Assembly (NCBI GenBank): GCA_050250255.1 | Contig: JBFWOZ010000011.1 | Coordinates: forward strand, 14,255 to 78,254 | Source: Bdellovibrionales bacterium | GTDB lineage: Bacteria; Bdellovibrionota; Bdellovibrionia; Bdellovibrionales; DASUEL01 | Reading direction: 5' to 3' | DNA: 64,000 nucleotides | In this document: positions 49,487-58,780 of the stretch, in pieces | Position numbering within the stretch: position 1 is the stretch's first letter | Layout: every line of letters begins with the position of its first letter | Notes under the pieces: generated by a model | What the model was told of the DNA's origin: nothing | Databases searched by the model: none | The model's input: the letters and a program-made list of their open reading frames with translations, nothing else | Made by a program: the position numbers and the translations under genes

Positions 49487-50710
49487 ATGATTAATCCAAG
49501 GATGGATGTTCGAGCGACTGTTTTTGGTCTGCTCGCGTGTTCAATGACTTTTAATCTTGCTTGCGGCAATACTCATGCGACACCTAATTCCCCCCTCTCC
49601 CCCGCCCAAGCACAAAAATCTAATGGTACTCCCACCAAAAAAATTCCTCTCACGGAATGGCCCAAACTCACGGATGACTTGGATTTCGGGGACTTAAAGA
49701 CTGCGATCTCAAGACAACTCGAGCGATTTCATAATAAAGATCTTTCGGGAGAAATCGTTCTTGGTGGCGAAGCCTACCCGATGACGTTGATGAAGACCTC
49801 ACTCGAGTCTTTCTTAAGCCTTACCGAAGCCGCGAGAGTTTGTTTGCAACAAGCCTCAACACCCGAAGAGCGCGCCAACTGCTACAACACATTCCAAGCG
49901 AGGGTTCAGCAGGCTTTTGAACTCTTCGCACCAGACCTACAGCCAGGAGACCCTCGCCATGGAGAGTCTAAAAATGCGTTCTTTACGGCCTACTACACGC
50001 CGCTCATAGAAGGGAGTACCACCAAAACCGCGAGCTTCCCCTACGCCATTTACAAGCGTCCTACCGACGAGGTTCTACGCCAGTCTTCGAGACAAGAAAT
50101 CGATTTCCAAGGGAGGTTTAATAATAAAAATTTAGAACTCGCCTACGCCGCCAACCTCTATGACCTTTATTTGTTACAAGTACAAGGTGGCGGAAAAATC
50201 GTTGTCCAAAACGATGGCCAAACAAATAGTTACTACATCAGTTACCATGGTGGAAACGGCAAAGCGTTTACATTCATCTCAAAGTACATGATCTCTAAAG
50301 GCTACATTCGTGACGGTTCGATCGCGTCGCAAAGAAATTTCCTCACGAACAATTCTCAACTTCATGAAGAGATTTACTCCACCTGCCCCAATTATATTTA
50401 CTTTCAAGTGACCGATCATCCACCACTTGGAAGCGACAACGTCCCCCTCACCGACAATCGCTCGATTGCCACCGATAGCGGGCTTTATCCTAACAAGGGA
50501 CTCCTCAGCTTTGTGCAAACGCAGCGGCCAAACCCACAAGGCAGCGGCTACATTCCATTTTCAAGATTTATGATCGATCAAGACACCGGTGGCGCGATCA
50601 AAGGCAAAGCCCGCGCCGATCTCTACTTCGGTGAAGGTGCCTACGCCGAACGAACAGCGTATAGCACGCAACATCGCGGAGATATTTTCTTTTTGATTCT
50701 TAAAAAGTAA
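49487..50710 (+). CDS. Second MltA-family lytic transglycosylase (lipoprotein)
   Basis: NLAC lipobox; FTAYYTP, LLQVQGGG, PNYIYF, DQDTGGAIKG..RADLYFG. Confidence 0.88.
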   Translation: MINPRMDVRATVFGLLACSMTFNLACGNTHATPNSPLSPAQAQKSNGTPTKKIPLTEWPKLTDDLDFGDLKTAISRQLERFHNKDLSGEIVLGGEAYPMTLMKTSLESFLSLTEAARVCLQQASTPEERANCYNTFQARVQQAFELFAPDLQPGDPRHGESKNAFFTAYYTPLIEGSTTKTASFPYAIYKRPTDEVLRQSSRQEIDFQGRFNNKNLELAYAANLYDLYLLQVQGGGKIVVQNDGQTNSYYISYHGGNGKAFTFISKYMISKGYIRDGSIASQRNFLTNNSQLHEEIYSTCPNYIYFQVTDHPPLGSDNVPLTDNRSIATDSGLYPNKGLLSFVQTQRPNPQGSGYIPFSRFMIDQDTGGAIKGKARADLYFGEGAYAERTAYSTQHRGDIFFLILKK

Positions 50711-50724
50711 GAACGTTGCGTGAC

Positions 50725-50743
50725 ACACAACACTTTGTTGTGT
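50725..50743. promoter_or_regulatory. Putative operator of the second TIGR02147 regulator
   Basis: ACACAACA-CTT-TGTTGTGT perfect palindrome, same CACTTTG core and same 52-bp offset as at 33847. Confidence 0.65.
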
Positions 50744-50785
50744 TTAAGGTTGATTGTAGTCATAAATATCTACAATACTTCCTTC

Positions 50786-51598
50786 ATGTATAACGAAAAT
50801 GAAATATCAAGCTATAGACAATATTTAAGAAAAGTCATCGCAGAGAAATGCGCTAAGAATCCAAGATACTCGCTACGTGCATTCGCCCAACAGATAGGTC
50901 TGAGTCCGTCACATCTATCGCGGGTTATTAACGGCTCAAGTGGCATATCAATATCAGCGGCGACAAAAATTGCTGCAAAACTAGGACTTTCTAGTCAGGA
51001 AATTCAGGAATTTATAAATCTCGTTAGTTATGAAAACGCGGATGAAAATGCCAAAGTGCTTTTAAAATCGTTACGTAATACCAAAGATGACAATCTATCA
51101 AAAAGAACTCTCGATTTAGAAATGTTTGAGATCATTTCGGATTGGTATTATTTTCCTCTCTACGAACTTATAAAATGCAACAGCTTAAAGGCTACAGCAG
51201 ATATCTTAGCAAAAAAGTTAGATCTCTCGCTTGCCGAGGTCAAGGCAGCCTTGGATCGACTTCAGCGAGTCGGACTTATTTCGCTTGGTAAAGACAGAAT
51301 TTATCATCCAACGGAAAATAGAAATATCAGAACTTCTAATGATATTGCAAGCGTTGCCATCCAAAACCATCACCGAAAAATGTTAGGGAAAGCAGTTCAA
51401 GCCTTAAGCCAACCCGTTGAGGAAAGAGAGTTTCAGAGTATGCAGCTGACATTTAATTCTAAGAAAATAAAACAGGCTCAAAGGCAAATTCGAAAGTTTA
51501 TTGATCAATTTGAAAAGGAATTTAGATGCGAAAAATCCTGTGAGGTTTATCAGTTCAATCTCCAGTATTTCTCCCTAACGAAAGGGTTCAGGAAATGA
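50786..51598 (+). CDS. TIGR02147/DUF4423 family HTH protein
   Basis: KNPRYSLRAFAQQIGLSPSHLSRVING; WYYFPLYEL; EREFQSM; VYQFNLQYFSL. Confidence 0.9.
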   Translation: MYNENEISSYRQYLRKVIAEKCAKNPRYSLRAFAQQIGLSPSHLSRVINGSSGISISAATKIAAKLGLSSQEIQEFINLVSYENADENAKVLLKSLRNTKDDNLSKRTLDLEMFEIISDWYYFPLYELIKCNSLKATADILAKKLDLSLAEVKAALDRLQRVGLISLGKDRIYHPTENRNIRTSNDIASVAIQNHHRKMLGKAVQALSQPVEEREFQSMQLTFNSKKIKQAQRQIRKFIDQFEKEFRCEKSCEVYQFNLQYFSLTKGFRK

Positions 51599-52905
51599 AA
51601 AGAACAATAACATTCATAAGTTTCTTAGCTGCATTTTTCACCGCTTATACCTCGTCGGGTGGAAATGTTGGAAATGGTGGTTTTGTCATTAAGTGTGGAG
51701 AGACCACTCAATTATTTGATTATTACCAAGCAGAAATCGCTGGAACCCACGTACTGCAAAATCCAGGGAAAAATCTAAACGACAAAGTAGAATATTTATT
51801 AAAGCGCCTCGAAACAATTGATCCTAATCGAGCAAAAAATTATAGATTCCAATTTAAATATTGGAATGATCAACCAGAGTTGCCAATTGAAGGCATTCAT
51901 TTAAACTCCATGCAAGCTGCTGATCCTCGATTACAAAAAGCGTTTGGTTTAGGACCAGTGAGCATCCCGCAAAATTGTGAATTAATCTTGGCAGTCCAGC
52001 AGCTTTTTCCAAAATTGGATTCTACAGGATCAGCCCAGCTTCAAGTTCAAAGATTTGGGCCTGTTTGGAACTCTCTAGATTTGGACACCAAAGCAGGCTT
52101 AGTACTCCATGAGTTGTTTTATGAAGAATATCTTTTAAGGCAGGCGCAACCTCCTACTTCTGAGTCGGTTCGAAAACTGAATGGTCTCCTTGGCTCTAAA
52201 GAGTTCCTAAAGTTCACAAAAGCAGAGTGGATTAAAGAACTTTGGTCTCAACGTTACTCACCTATATTTCCAGATTTTAATAATGAAAAAACTATTTTAG
52301 ATATTTCTTACCGAAAAGGACCTCACCCATCGGACTATCTAATTTTTCCATTGGGCAGTACAACTCGTGATTGGTTTGATGGAACTATTTCTGTTTGTGG
52401 CAAAAGTGTTCATGTGGGATCAAATACCAACTTATTTCATGATGGGCTCATTCCGGCTCTCTCGTTTTCTAAAAATAACGGTCCGCTTGATCTGTCTTGT
52501 TATTCAGATACTGGTACTTTGATTTTCGACTCGAGAGGGATTGGCTTCGAATACATCAGGACAACTTCATCCGGCCAATCAGTTTTAATGTTGAGGCATA
52601 CTGGAGAGTGGTATGGCCCATGGTCGACTCCTATTCCAGGAAGTGATTATTCATCGAGCTACTTAAAGGTTTACTCAAACCCTCATGTTCGAACCATCGG
52701 TCCGATTATTACAGGTATTACTTGGAACCAGCGACGTAATGCAATGATTCTAACACTCAAAAAAACCCAGTTTTCAGATATTCAAGTGAACGTGAGTGGT
52801 CAATGGACCATTGTTAACGAGTACTGTTGGATCGACTTAGCAACAGGTGAAATTTTTAACATCGATTGTTTTGAGAAAGCTGGACAAATTTGTGAACAAT
52901 CTTAG
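51595..52905 (+). CDS. Secreted protein with a GGNVGNGG N-motif and an HExxY domain
   Basis: Signal peptide, GGNVGNGG...C, LFDYYQAE, PQNCELILA, VWNSLD..TKAGLVLHELFY; ATGA overlap. Confidence 0.8.
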   Translation: MKRTITFISFLAAFFTAYTSSGGNVGNGGFVIKCGETTQLFDYYQAEIAGTHVLQNPGKNLNDKVEYLLKRLETIDPNRAKNYRFQFKYWNDQPELPIEGIHLNSMQAADPRLQKAFGLGPVSIPQNCELILAVQQLFPKLDSTGSAQLQVQRFGPVWNSLDLDTKAGLVLHELFYEEYLLRQAQPPTSESVRKLNGLLGSKEFLKFTKAEWIKELWSQRYSPIFPDFNNEKTILDISYRKGPHPSDYLIFPLGSTTRDWFDGTISVCGKSVHVGSNTNLFHDGLIPALSFSKNNGPLDLSCYSDTGTLIFDSRGIGFEYIRTTSSGQSVLMLRHTGEWYGPWSTPIPGSDYSSSYLKVYSNPHVRTIGPIITGITWNQRRNAMILTLKKTQFSDIQVNVSGQWTIVNEYCWIDLATGEIFNIDCFEKAGQICEQS

Positions 52906-53452
52906 AAAAATCTCTATTTGTGTTTTTGTTTTAATCGGAATTTCATGTGGGAATAGTAGCAGTTCAAATGCCCCAACTAATGATAATCGGCCTCTCGGGA
53001 AAGTAAAATTCTATAGTGTTGGAGATAAAGCTTTGTTTGATATAGCTGGGACACAATCAGATGGAAAAACCTATAGTGGCTTATACACTCATGTTATCAC
53101 TCAGTATGACGCTGAAGCCTCAAGGTATTTGTTTGAAGAGATAACGAAAACTGATATGTATAACTCTCTTGTGACTATTTGGTTTTCGACCTCATTTTTA
53201 AAATGGAATATCCAGGCAGTACAAAAGCGTTTTGAAGAATGTGCCGTGAATAATTCGTTTGAAAAGGTCACCGTTCCTGCAGGTACATTTCAAGTCTGTC
53301 GCATTGAATTTAATGATCAGACGTACAAAACTATTGGTTGGTTAGGAAATGTGCCTATGTTCCATACAGTAAAGGAGATTCGAATCAACACCACTAACAG
53401 CTCAGCCGAAGAAAAGGTTTTGCGATCTTTCGAATACGGCCAGTCAAAATGA
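52892..53452 (+). CDS. Hypothetical lipoprotein with a VTVPAGTF motif
   Basis: GTG start overlapping the upstream gene, lipobox GISC, EKVTVPAGTFQVCRI. Confidence 0.7.
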   Translation: MNNLRKISICVFVLIGISCGNSSSSNAPTNDNRPLGKVKFYSVGDKALFDIAGTQSDGKTYSGLYTHVITQYDAEASRYLFEEITKTDMYNSLVTIWFSTSFLKWNIQAVQKRFEECAVNNSFEKVTVPAGTFQVCRIEFNDQTYKTIGWLGNVPMFHTVKEIRINTTNSSAEEKVLRSFEYGQSK

Positions 53453-53478
53453 CATCTTTAAAAGCCGCTACGGTTTTA

Positions 53479-54021
53479 TTAAAATCTGATCTTTCGGCCC
53501 ATAAAGAGCAGTGGCACTTTGTTCAAAAGCCTCTGCTCTTCAAAATCAAAACCACAGTTTCGATAAAACTGTACGTTCCTCGCGCCTGAAGCGGTCACGA
53601 TATGAAGGCCAGGAATTTTCGCAAGCGCTAACTCTTTTACGAAATGTTCCACTAACTTCTTACCTGCCCCCTGCCCGCGCGAACGTGGATGACAATTGAT
53701 ATGGAGGTGCGCGGGATAGCTGTCGAAGAGATCTTGGAAAAGTGCGTAGCCAGGGTTTCGCTTCTCATAAAACTCTGAGGCACCGTAACTGCTTACACAA
53801 CCCATAAGATAACCTAGCAGCTGACCCTGATCATCGATGGCTAAATAAATGTGCTGCGGTTCGCTTTGGAAGTAGTACTCCGTCCATTTATGAAAGAAGT
53901 TTTTCTTTTCTTCTGGTGATGAGAACTGTGTCTTCACCGATGAGAGAAAAAAGATCTCTTCTAACTGCTTCTCCAGAGAAGCTCTTTGGGCGCTTGGAAT
54001 CTCAGACCAAACTTGGATCAT
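53479..54021 (-). CDS. GNAT family acetyltransferase
   Basis: YPAHLHIN.HPRSRGQGAG acetyl-CoA motif; FYRNCGF. Confidence 0.85.
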   Translation of the reverse strand: MIQVWSEIPSAQRASLEKQLEEIFFLSSVKTQFSSPEEKKNFFHKWTEYYFQSEPQHIYLAIDDQGQLLGYLMGCVSSYGASEFYEKRNPGYALFQDLFDSYPAHLHINCHPRSRGQGAGKKLVEHFVKELALAKIPGLHIVTASGARNVQFYRNCGFDFEEQRLLNKVPLLFMGRKIRF

Positions 54022-54051
54022 CTTTAAAGTATAAACATGAAAATGAAGCAA

Positions 54052-54083
54052 TGTAGCCAGAAAAAAGGCCCGGAGACCTTTTA
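54052..54083. repeat. Single-arm copy of the 22690-22775 repeat
   Basis: TGTAGCCAGAAAAAAGGCCCGGAGACCTTTTA matches 22744-22775 at 26/32; also ends on a minus-strand TAA. Confidence 0.7.
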
Positions 54084-55112
54084 GCGGAATACTTCGATTT
54101 TGAAGCCTTTGGCTTTTAGAGCGCGAAGGTACTCAGGCATAATGGCGATGGTTTGTGGCTGAACATCGTGAAAGAGAACGATGCCTCTTTTGTATTGAAC
54201 TGTTTTTGCTAAAGCATATGGCAACAGAACAGCGGGATCACGCTTTTGCCAATCAAGAGTGTCGACGTTCCAAAAGTAAGTCGAACGTTGACTGGTCTTG
54301 ACGTAACTCTGAAGCACCGTTGTTTTTGCGCCGTAAGGAAAACGAAAGAAAGGTTTCATCTGATTGCCAATGACCGCATACAAAGCTTTAAACGCATCTT
54401 CGATTTCAGCGACAGCCTTTTCAAAAGGCAAGGTTCTCATATCTGGATGACTGTACGAGTGAGTCCCAACAGAATGCTTCTCATCCACCACCCGCTGAAT
54501 GATCGGCGTGCTTTTCACAATACGTTGCCCAGTCATAAAAAAGTTCACTTGGATATTTTCTGCTTTTAAAATATCTAGCAACTTTTGAGTGAGTGTCGGG
54601 TGAGGTCCATCATCAAAGGTTAGATTGAAATGACCTTCTGGCAAATCACCATGAAAAAATATAGGTCCTGTTGAAGAATCCACCGGTCGTTCAAGGCTTG
54701 GACCGAGAGATTCTTCACCGCGCTTCAATACGCCACGTCGATGGGGAGTAAGTACACTACGGAGTGGTTTTTTAAGAAAACTTGCGGTTCTCTGCTCAAG
54801 ACGATCCTTGCACGAAATTTGGGATAGAACTTCGGACTCATCCCATTCCGCTTGAAATAAAAGAATGTCTTTTTCAGAAAGTTGCTCGAGCGCTTGGCAA
54901 AGTCTGGCATCAAAATCTTGTTCTTGAGATAAAGTTTTGATCTTTTCAAAGAATTTTTCCATAGAACCTGAAGATTCGAGCCACTGGTCAAAGCTTGTCG
55001 CTGAATCTGCGGCGACAATGGTTCTTTGTACCGCTACAGAAAGTTGCGAGCCAAGATCAGCTTTTGCAAAAGTTGCGCAGAAAAGAATGAAAAAAATAAG
55101 AAACTGCTTCAT
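54081..55112 (-). CDS. Secreted polysaccharide/peptidoglycan deacetylase (CE4, NodB domain)
   Basis: LTFDDGP, THSYSH, FRFPYG, WNVDTLDW, VLFHD; signal peptide. Confidence 0.92.
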   Translation of the reverse strand: MKQFLIFFILFCATFAKADLGSQLSVAVQRTIVAADSATSFDQWLESSGSMEKFFEKIKTLSQEQDFDARLCQALEQLSEKDILLFQAEWDESEVLSQISCKDRLEQRTASFLKKPLRSVLTPHRRGVLKRGEESLGPSLERPVDSSTGPIFFHGDLPEGHFNLTFDDGPHPTLTQKLLDILKAENIQVNFFMTGQRIVKSTPIIQRVVDEKHSVGTHSYSHPDMRTLPFEKAVAEIEDAFKALYAVIGNQMKPFFRFPYGAKTTVLQSYVKTSQRSTYFWNVDTLDWQKRDPAVLLPYALAKTVQYKRGIVLFHDVQPQTIAIMPEYLRALKAKGFKIEVFR

Positions 55113-55205
55113 GAAAAACCTCCCCGGAAAACTCTTTTGTCCTAACAGGATTTAAAGGTAATGGCTCCCCACCTCTCAAAGGGATCTTAACTTATGAAAT
55201 TTTGC

Positions 55206-55235
55206 CAAAAAAAAGGACCCTCACGAGTCCCTTTC
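55206..55235 (-). terminator. Probable terminator downstream of nrdJ
   Basis: Imperfect AGGAC/GTCCC stem with an A8 run (U tail on the minus strand). Confidence 0.45.
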
Positions 55236-55465
55236 AAAGCTATAAACTATAAAACTCATTATTACAAAATAAAGCACTGCCAGTCTTTTGAAAGCTCAGA
55301 AAACTCGTCCAGGCTGATCGTATGAAGAGCAGCGGATATAGAACCTTTGCGAAGTTCGAAGACTTCACAGAGATTTTTTCTTACTCGAAAATCAAACATT
55401 GAATATTCGATAGGTACGATTTTAACTTTCATCTTTCCCCCTTGAAAGAAGATATCTACAACAAT

Positions 55466-58400
55466 TTATGAGCAGCCCATGGAGTTGCCGCAGTTCATGC
55501 ACTTGTAACAGCTGCCACTGCGTACAGTGGTATGACCACAGTCGCTACAAAAAGGCGCATCTCCCATCATCGTGGAGAGATGAGCGCTCAGAGCACTCTT
55601 GGACTTCGAAGCTCCTTGGGACCCGATCGACTTTTGCATTTCTGCAATCTCGAGCAATTTCTCGCTGAGAGCCGACTCTAAAGGAAGATTCATCTGAGGT
55701 TGCGCTGGTACCGCCGTCGCATCGTCACCACGAGATCCACCGCGATTGACGGTTAAGTCTTCGCTCGCGGGTTTCACATGCACAAACTCTGTCTGACCTA
55801 AATACTCCATACCCAGCACACGGAAAATAAAATCCAAGATGCTTGTCGCTTGTTTAATATTCGGGTGATCTACAGTTCCTTGCGGTTCAAATCGAGTGAA
55901 TGTGAATTTGTTCACGTATTCCTCAAGAGGAACTCCGTACTGAAGACCCATGCTCACCGAGATCGCAAAACAGTTGAGAAGACTTCTAAAAGTCGCCCCT
56001 TCTTTATGCATATCGATGAAGATTTCGCCCAGCTGTCCTTCTTTATACTCACCGGTTCGTAAATAAACTTGGTGTCCGCCCACACGACCTTCTACCGTAA
56101 AGCCATAACGCTTCTTCGGCATTTCACGACGACGACTTGGAGCTAACGAGAGCGCTTGCTTAATGGCTTCGTCCAAATCTTTTTTCGTGTAAATCGCATC
56201 GGGATTTGCAGTTTCTTTTTTCTTTTCAGAACTGTTGAGTGGCTGACTCATCTTACAACCGTCACGGTAAACCGCGATGGCTTTAAGACCAAGCTTCCAA
56301 GCTTCCACATATGTGTCTTGAATGTCTTTTACCGTCGACTCATGAGGAAGATTTACGGTTTTAGAAATTGCACCGCTTAAGAAAGGCTGAACGGCCGCCA
56401 TCATGCGAACGTGCCCCATCGCCTCGATGAATCTTTCGCCGTAAGGTCCACACTTATTCGCGCAATCAAACACTGCAAGGTGTTCGGGCTTTAAGTGAGG
56501 AGCGCCCTCAAGAGTCATGCTACCGCAAATGATTTTTGAAGCTTCTTCGATTTGTTTTGCGGTGAAGCCCAATTTTTCAACCACATTTTGATCACCAAGT
56601 TCAGAAGTTTTGAGACCTAAACGTGCCATGCCTTCATCGCCAAGCACCCAAGGAGCAACTGTGCTCTTCATGTCCATTGCCGCTGGAAGAGCTTTGTTGA
56701 TCTTTTGGATGTCACTGTCATTCAAACCACGAGCTTTTAAGCTTTCGGTGTTGATATGAGGAGCATCATCTAAAGAGTTTGTGCCCGTTGCATATTGAAC
56801 GATTTCGTTAATTTGTTCATGGTTGTAGCCCAAGTTTTTAAGAGCAAGAGGTACCGATTGGTTCACAATCTTAAAATATCCCCCACCCGCTAATTTTTTA
56901 AATTTTACGAGAGAGAAATCCGGCTCAACACCTGTCGTATCACAATCCATCAAGAGACCGATTGTGCCCGTAGGAGCAAGAACCGTTGCTTGAGCATTAC
57001 GGAATCCGTGAACTTGACCTAATTCAATCGTCTCGTCCCAAACTTCTTGAGCCACATCGTAGAGATCTTGCTGAGCAAGCCCTGGCTTGATATCGGCCAA
57101 AGCACTACGGTGTTGTCCCATTACGCGCAGCATAGGCTCGCGGTTTTTTGAGTAACCTGGGAAAGCCCCTTTCGCTGCCGCCATCTCGGCACTCGCACGA
57201 AAAGCTTCTCCATGCATAATTGCGGTGATGAGTCCTGCCCACGCACGACCTGCTTCTGAATCATAAGGAATTCCTTTGATCATAAGAAGTGTACCGAGGT
57301 TAGCGTAACCAAGTCCTAGAGGACGATAGTCATGACTATTACGAGCAATTTGCGCGGTTGGGTAGCTTGAGAAATCAACTAAAATTTCTTGAGCCGTAAA
57401 CATAATGCGATTGGCTTCGCGATAAGCTTCGACATCAAAGCTTCCATCTTCTTTTAAGAACTTCACAAGATTTAAAGAAGAAAGATTACAAGCCGTATCG
57501 TCTAAGAACATGTATTCCGAGCAAGGATTGCTGGCGTTAATACGATCTGTCGCAGGACATGTGTGCCATTTTTGAATCGTAGAATCAAATTGCACGCCAG
57601 GATCTGCACAAGCCCAAGCCGCATAACCCACTTGGTCCCAAAGATCTTTCGCACGAAGAGTCTCAACGATAGAACCGTCACGACGAGCGCGCGTGTTCCA
57701 CTCGAGGTCATTGATCGCGGCTTCCATAAATTGATCAGAGATACGAACGGAGTTGTTGGAGTTTTGACCCGCAACGGTTTTATAAGCTTCGCCGTTAAAG
57801 TCGCTCGTGTAACCTTGAGCTACGAGGGCCGCTACTTTTTTCTCTTCGCGAACTTTCCAATTAATAAAGTCGACGATTTCAGGGTGATCCATATCTAAGC
57901 AGACCATCTTCGCCGCACGACGAGTGGTTCCACCAGATTTTGTCGCTCCCGCTCCACGATCAAGCACTTCGAGGAAACTCATGAGGCCAGAGCTTTGACC
58001 GCCACCAGAAAGTTTTTCTTGAGCGCCGCGGATTTTAGAGAAGTTAGTTCCAGTTCCTGAACCGTATTTGAAAATGCGAGCTTCTTGTTTTGCAAGATCA
58101 AAGATGCTCATCAAATCGTCATCAACACTTTGAATGAAGCAAGCCGAACACTGTGGGTGTTCATAGGCATTTTTTGTCTCTACGATGTCTGCTTTATCAA
58201 AATCCCATCTGTAGTTTCCGCTAAAACCTTCAATTTTATATTCTTGATAAAGACCACAGTTAAACCAAACCGGACTATTAAAAGCCGCCCGCTGGGTGAG
58301 AAGTAAATAAGCAAGATCGTTTTCAAAACGTTCTGCATCTTCTTTAGTTGCAAAATAATTTTTTAAATTTTCGCCAGCCACTCGAATGGAATGAGCCACA

Positions 58401-58780
58401 CGGTGAACAAGTTGTTTTGCTGAAGTTTCGTGACCTGTTTGAGGAACTCCCGCTTTACGGAAGTATTTGCTGACGGCGATGTCTGTCGCAAGCTGGCTCC
58501 ACTCTTCAGGAACCATGATGTCTTTCATTTCGAAAACTTTTTCACCTGCAGCGCCGCTGATAGAGCTTGAACGCTTCACCCACTGAACGGTCTCGTAAGG
58601 ATTTTTTCCTGGAGGCACAAAGTAGCCTGAAAATTTTTGGCCTTGAGAAGAAGCGGTAGGGCTTTTCTGTCCTGATTTTGCCTTTCCCTTCATGTCTGCT
58701 CCAAGGTTATTAACAGTCTTATTGCCTTTATCGTCTCTACTTTCTTTTCGTCCTTTTACGGCCGTTGCTTCAGTCAGCAT
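55466..58780 (-). CDS. nrdJ: Vitamin B12-dependent (class II) ribonucleotide reductase
   Basis: WSQLATDIAVSKYFRK, FNSPVWFN, PQCSACFI, ASNPCSE, ACNLSSLN, APTGTI, VYRDG, C-terminal CSDCG..CMNCG; ATG at 58780 with a GGAGG RBS. Confidence 0.95.
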   Translation of the reverse strand: MLTEATAVKGRKESRDDKGNKTVNNLGADMKGKAKSGQKSPTASSQGQKFSGYFVPPGKNPYETVQWVKRSSSISGAAGEKVFEMKDIMVPEEWSQLATDIAVSKYFRKAGVPQTGHETSAKQLVHRVAHSIRVAGENLKNYFATKEDAERFENDLAYLLLTQRAAFNSPVWFNCGLYQEYKIEGFSGNYRWDFDKADIVETKNAYEHPQCSACFIQSVDDDLMSIFDLAKQEARIFKYGSGTGTNFSKIRGAQEKLSGGGQSSGLMSFLEVLDRGAGATKSGGTTRRAAKMVCLDMDHPEIVDFINWKVREEKKVAALVAQGYTSDFNGEAYKTVAGQNSNNSVRISDQFMEAAINDLEWNTRARRDGSIVETLRAKDLWDQVGYAAWACADPGVQFDSTIQKWHTCPATDRINASNPCSEYMFLDDTACNLSSLNLVKFLKEDGSFDVEAYREANRIMFTAQEILVDFSSYPTAQIARNSHDYRPLGLGYANLGTLLMIKGIPYDSEAGRAWAGLITAIMHGEAFRASAEMAAAKGAFPGYSKNREPMLRVMGQHRSALADIKPGLAQQDLYDVAQEVWDETIELGQVHGFRNAQATVLAPTGTIGLLMDCDTTGVEPDFSLVKFKKLAGGGYFKIVNQSVPLALKNLGYNHEQINEIVQYATGTNSLDDAPHINTESLKARGLNDSDIQKINKALPAAMDMKSTVAPWVLGDEGMARLGLKTSELGDQNVVEKLGFTAKQIEEASKIICGSMTLEGAPHLKPEHLAVFDCANKCGPYGERFIEAMGHVRMMAAVQPFLSGAISKTVNLPHESTVKDIQDTYVEAWKLGLKAIAVYRDGCKMSQPLNSSEKKKETANPDAIYTKKDLDEAIKQALSLAPSRRREMPKKRYGFTVEGRVGGHQVYLRTGEYKEGQLGEIFIDMHKEGATFRSLLNCFAISVSMGLQYGVPLEEYVNKFTFTRFEPQGTVDHPNIKQATSILDFIFRVLGMEYLGQTEFVHVKPASEDLTVNRGGSRGDDATAVPAQPQMNLPLESALSEKLLEIAEMQKSIGSQGASKSKSALSAHLSTMMGDAPFCSDCGHTTVRSGSCYKCMNCGNSMGCS

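Noticed and set aside
50720..50785. Longer GTG start of the second TIGR02147 gene
   Set aside because: It would overlap the operator palindrome; the ATG at 50786 aligns with the first paralogue's start.
50699..53464. Possible target-site duplication (CTTAAAAAG / CTTTAAAAG) around the second module
   Set aside because: Short, imperfect and AT-rich; expected by chance.
55290..55385. Possible degenerate palindromic element downstream of nrdJ
   Set aside because: Only weak complementarity (AGAAAA...TTTTCT); not supportable.
55466..58780. Intein in the long NrdJ
   Set aside because: No intein splice-junction (C...HN-C/S/T) or LAGLIDADG motifs seen; the length is compatible with long class II enzymes.
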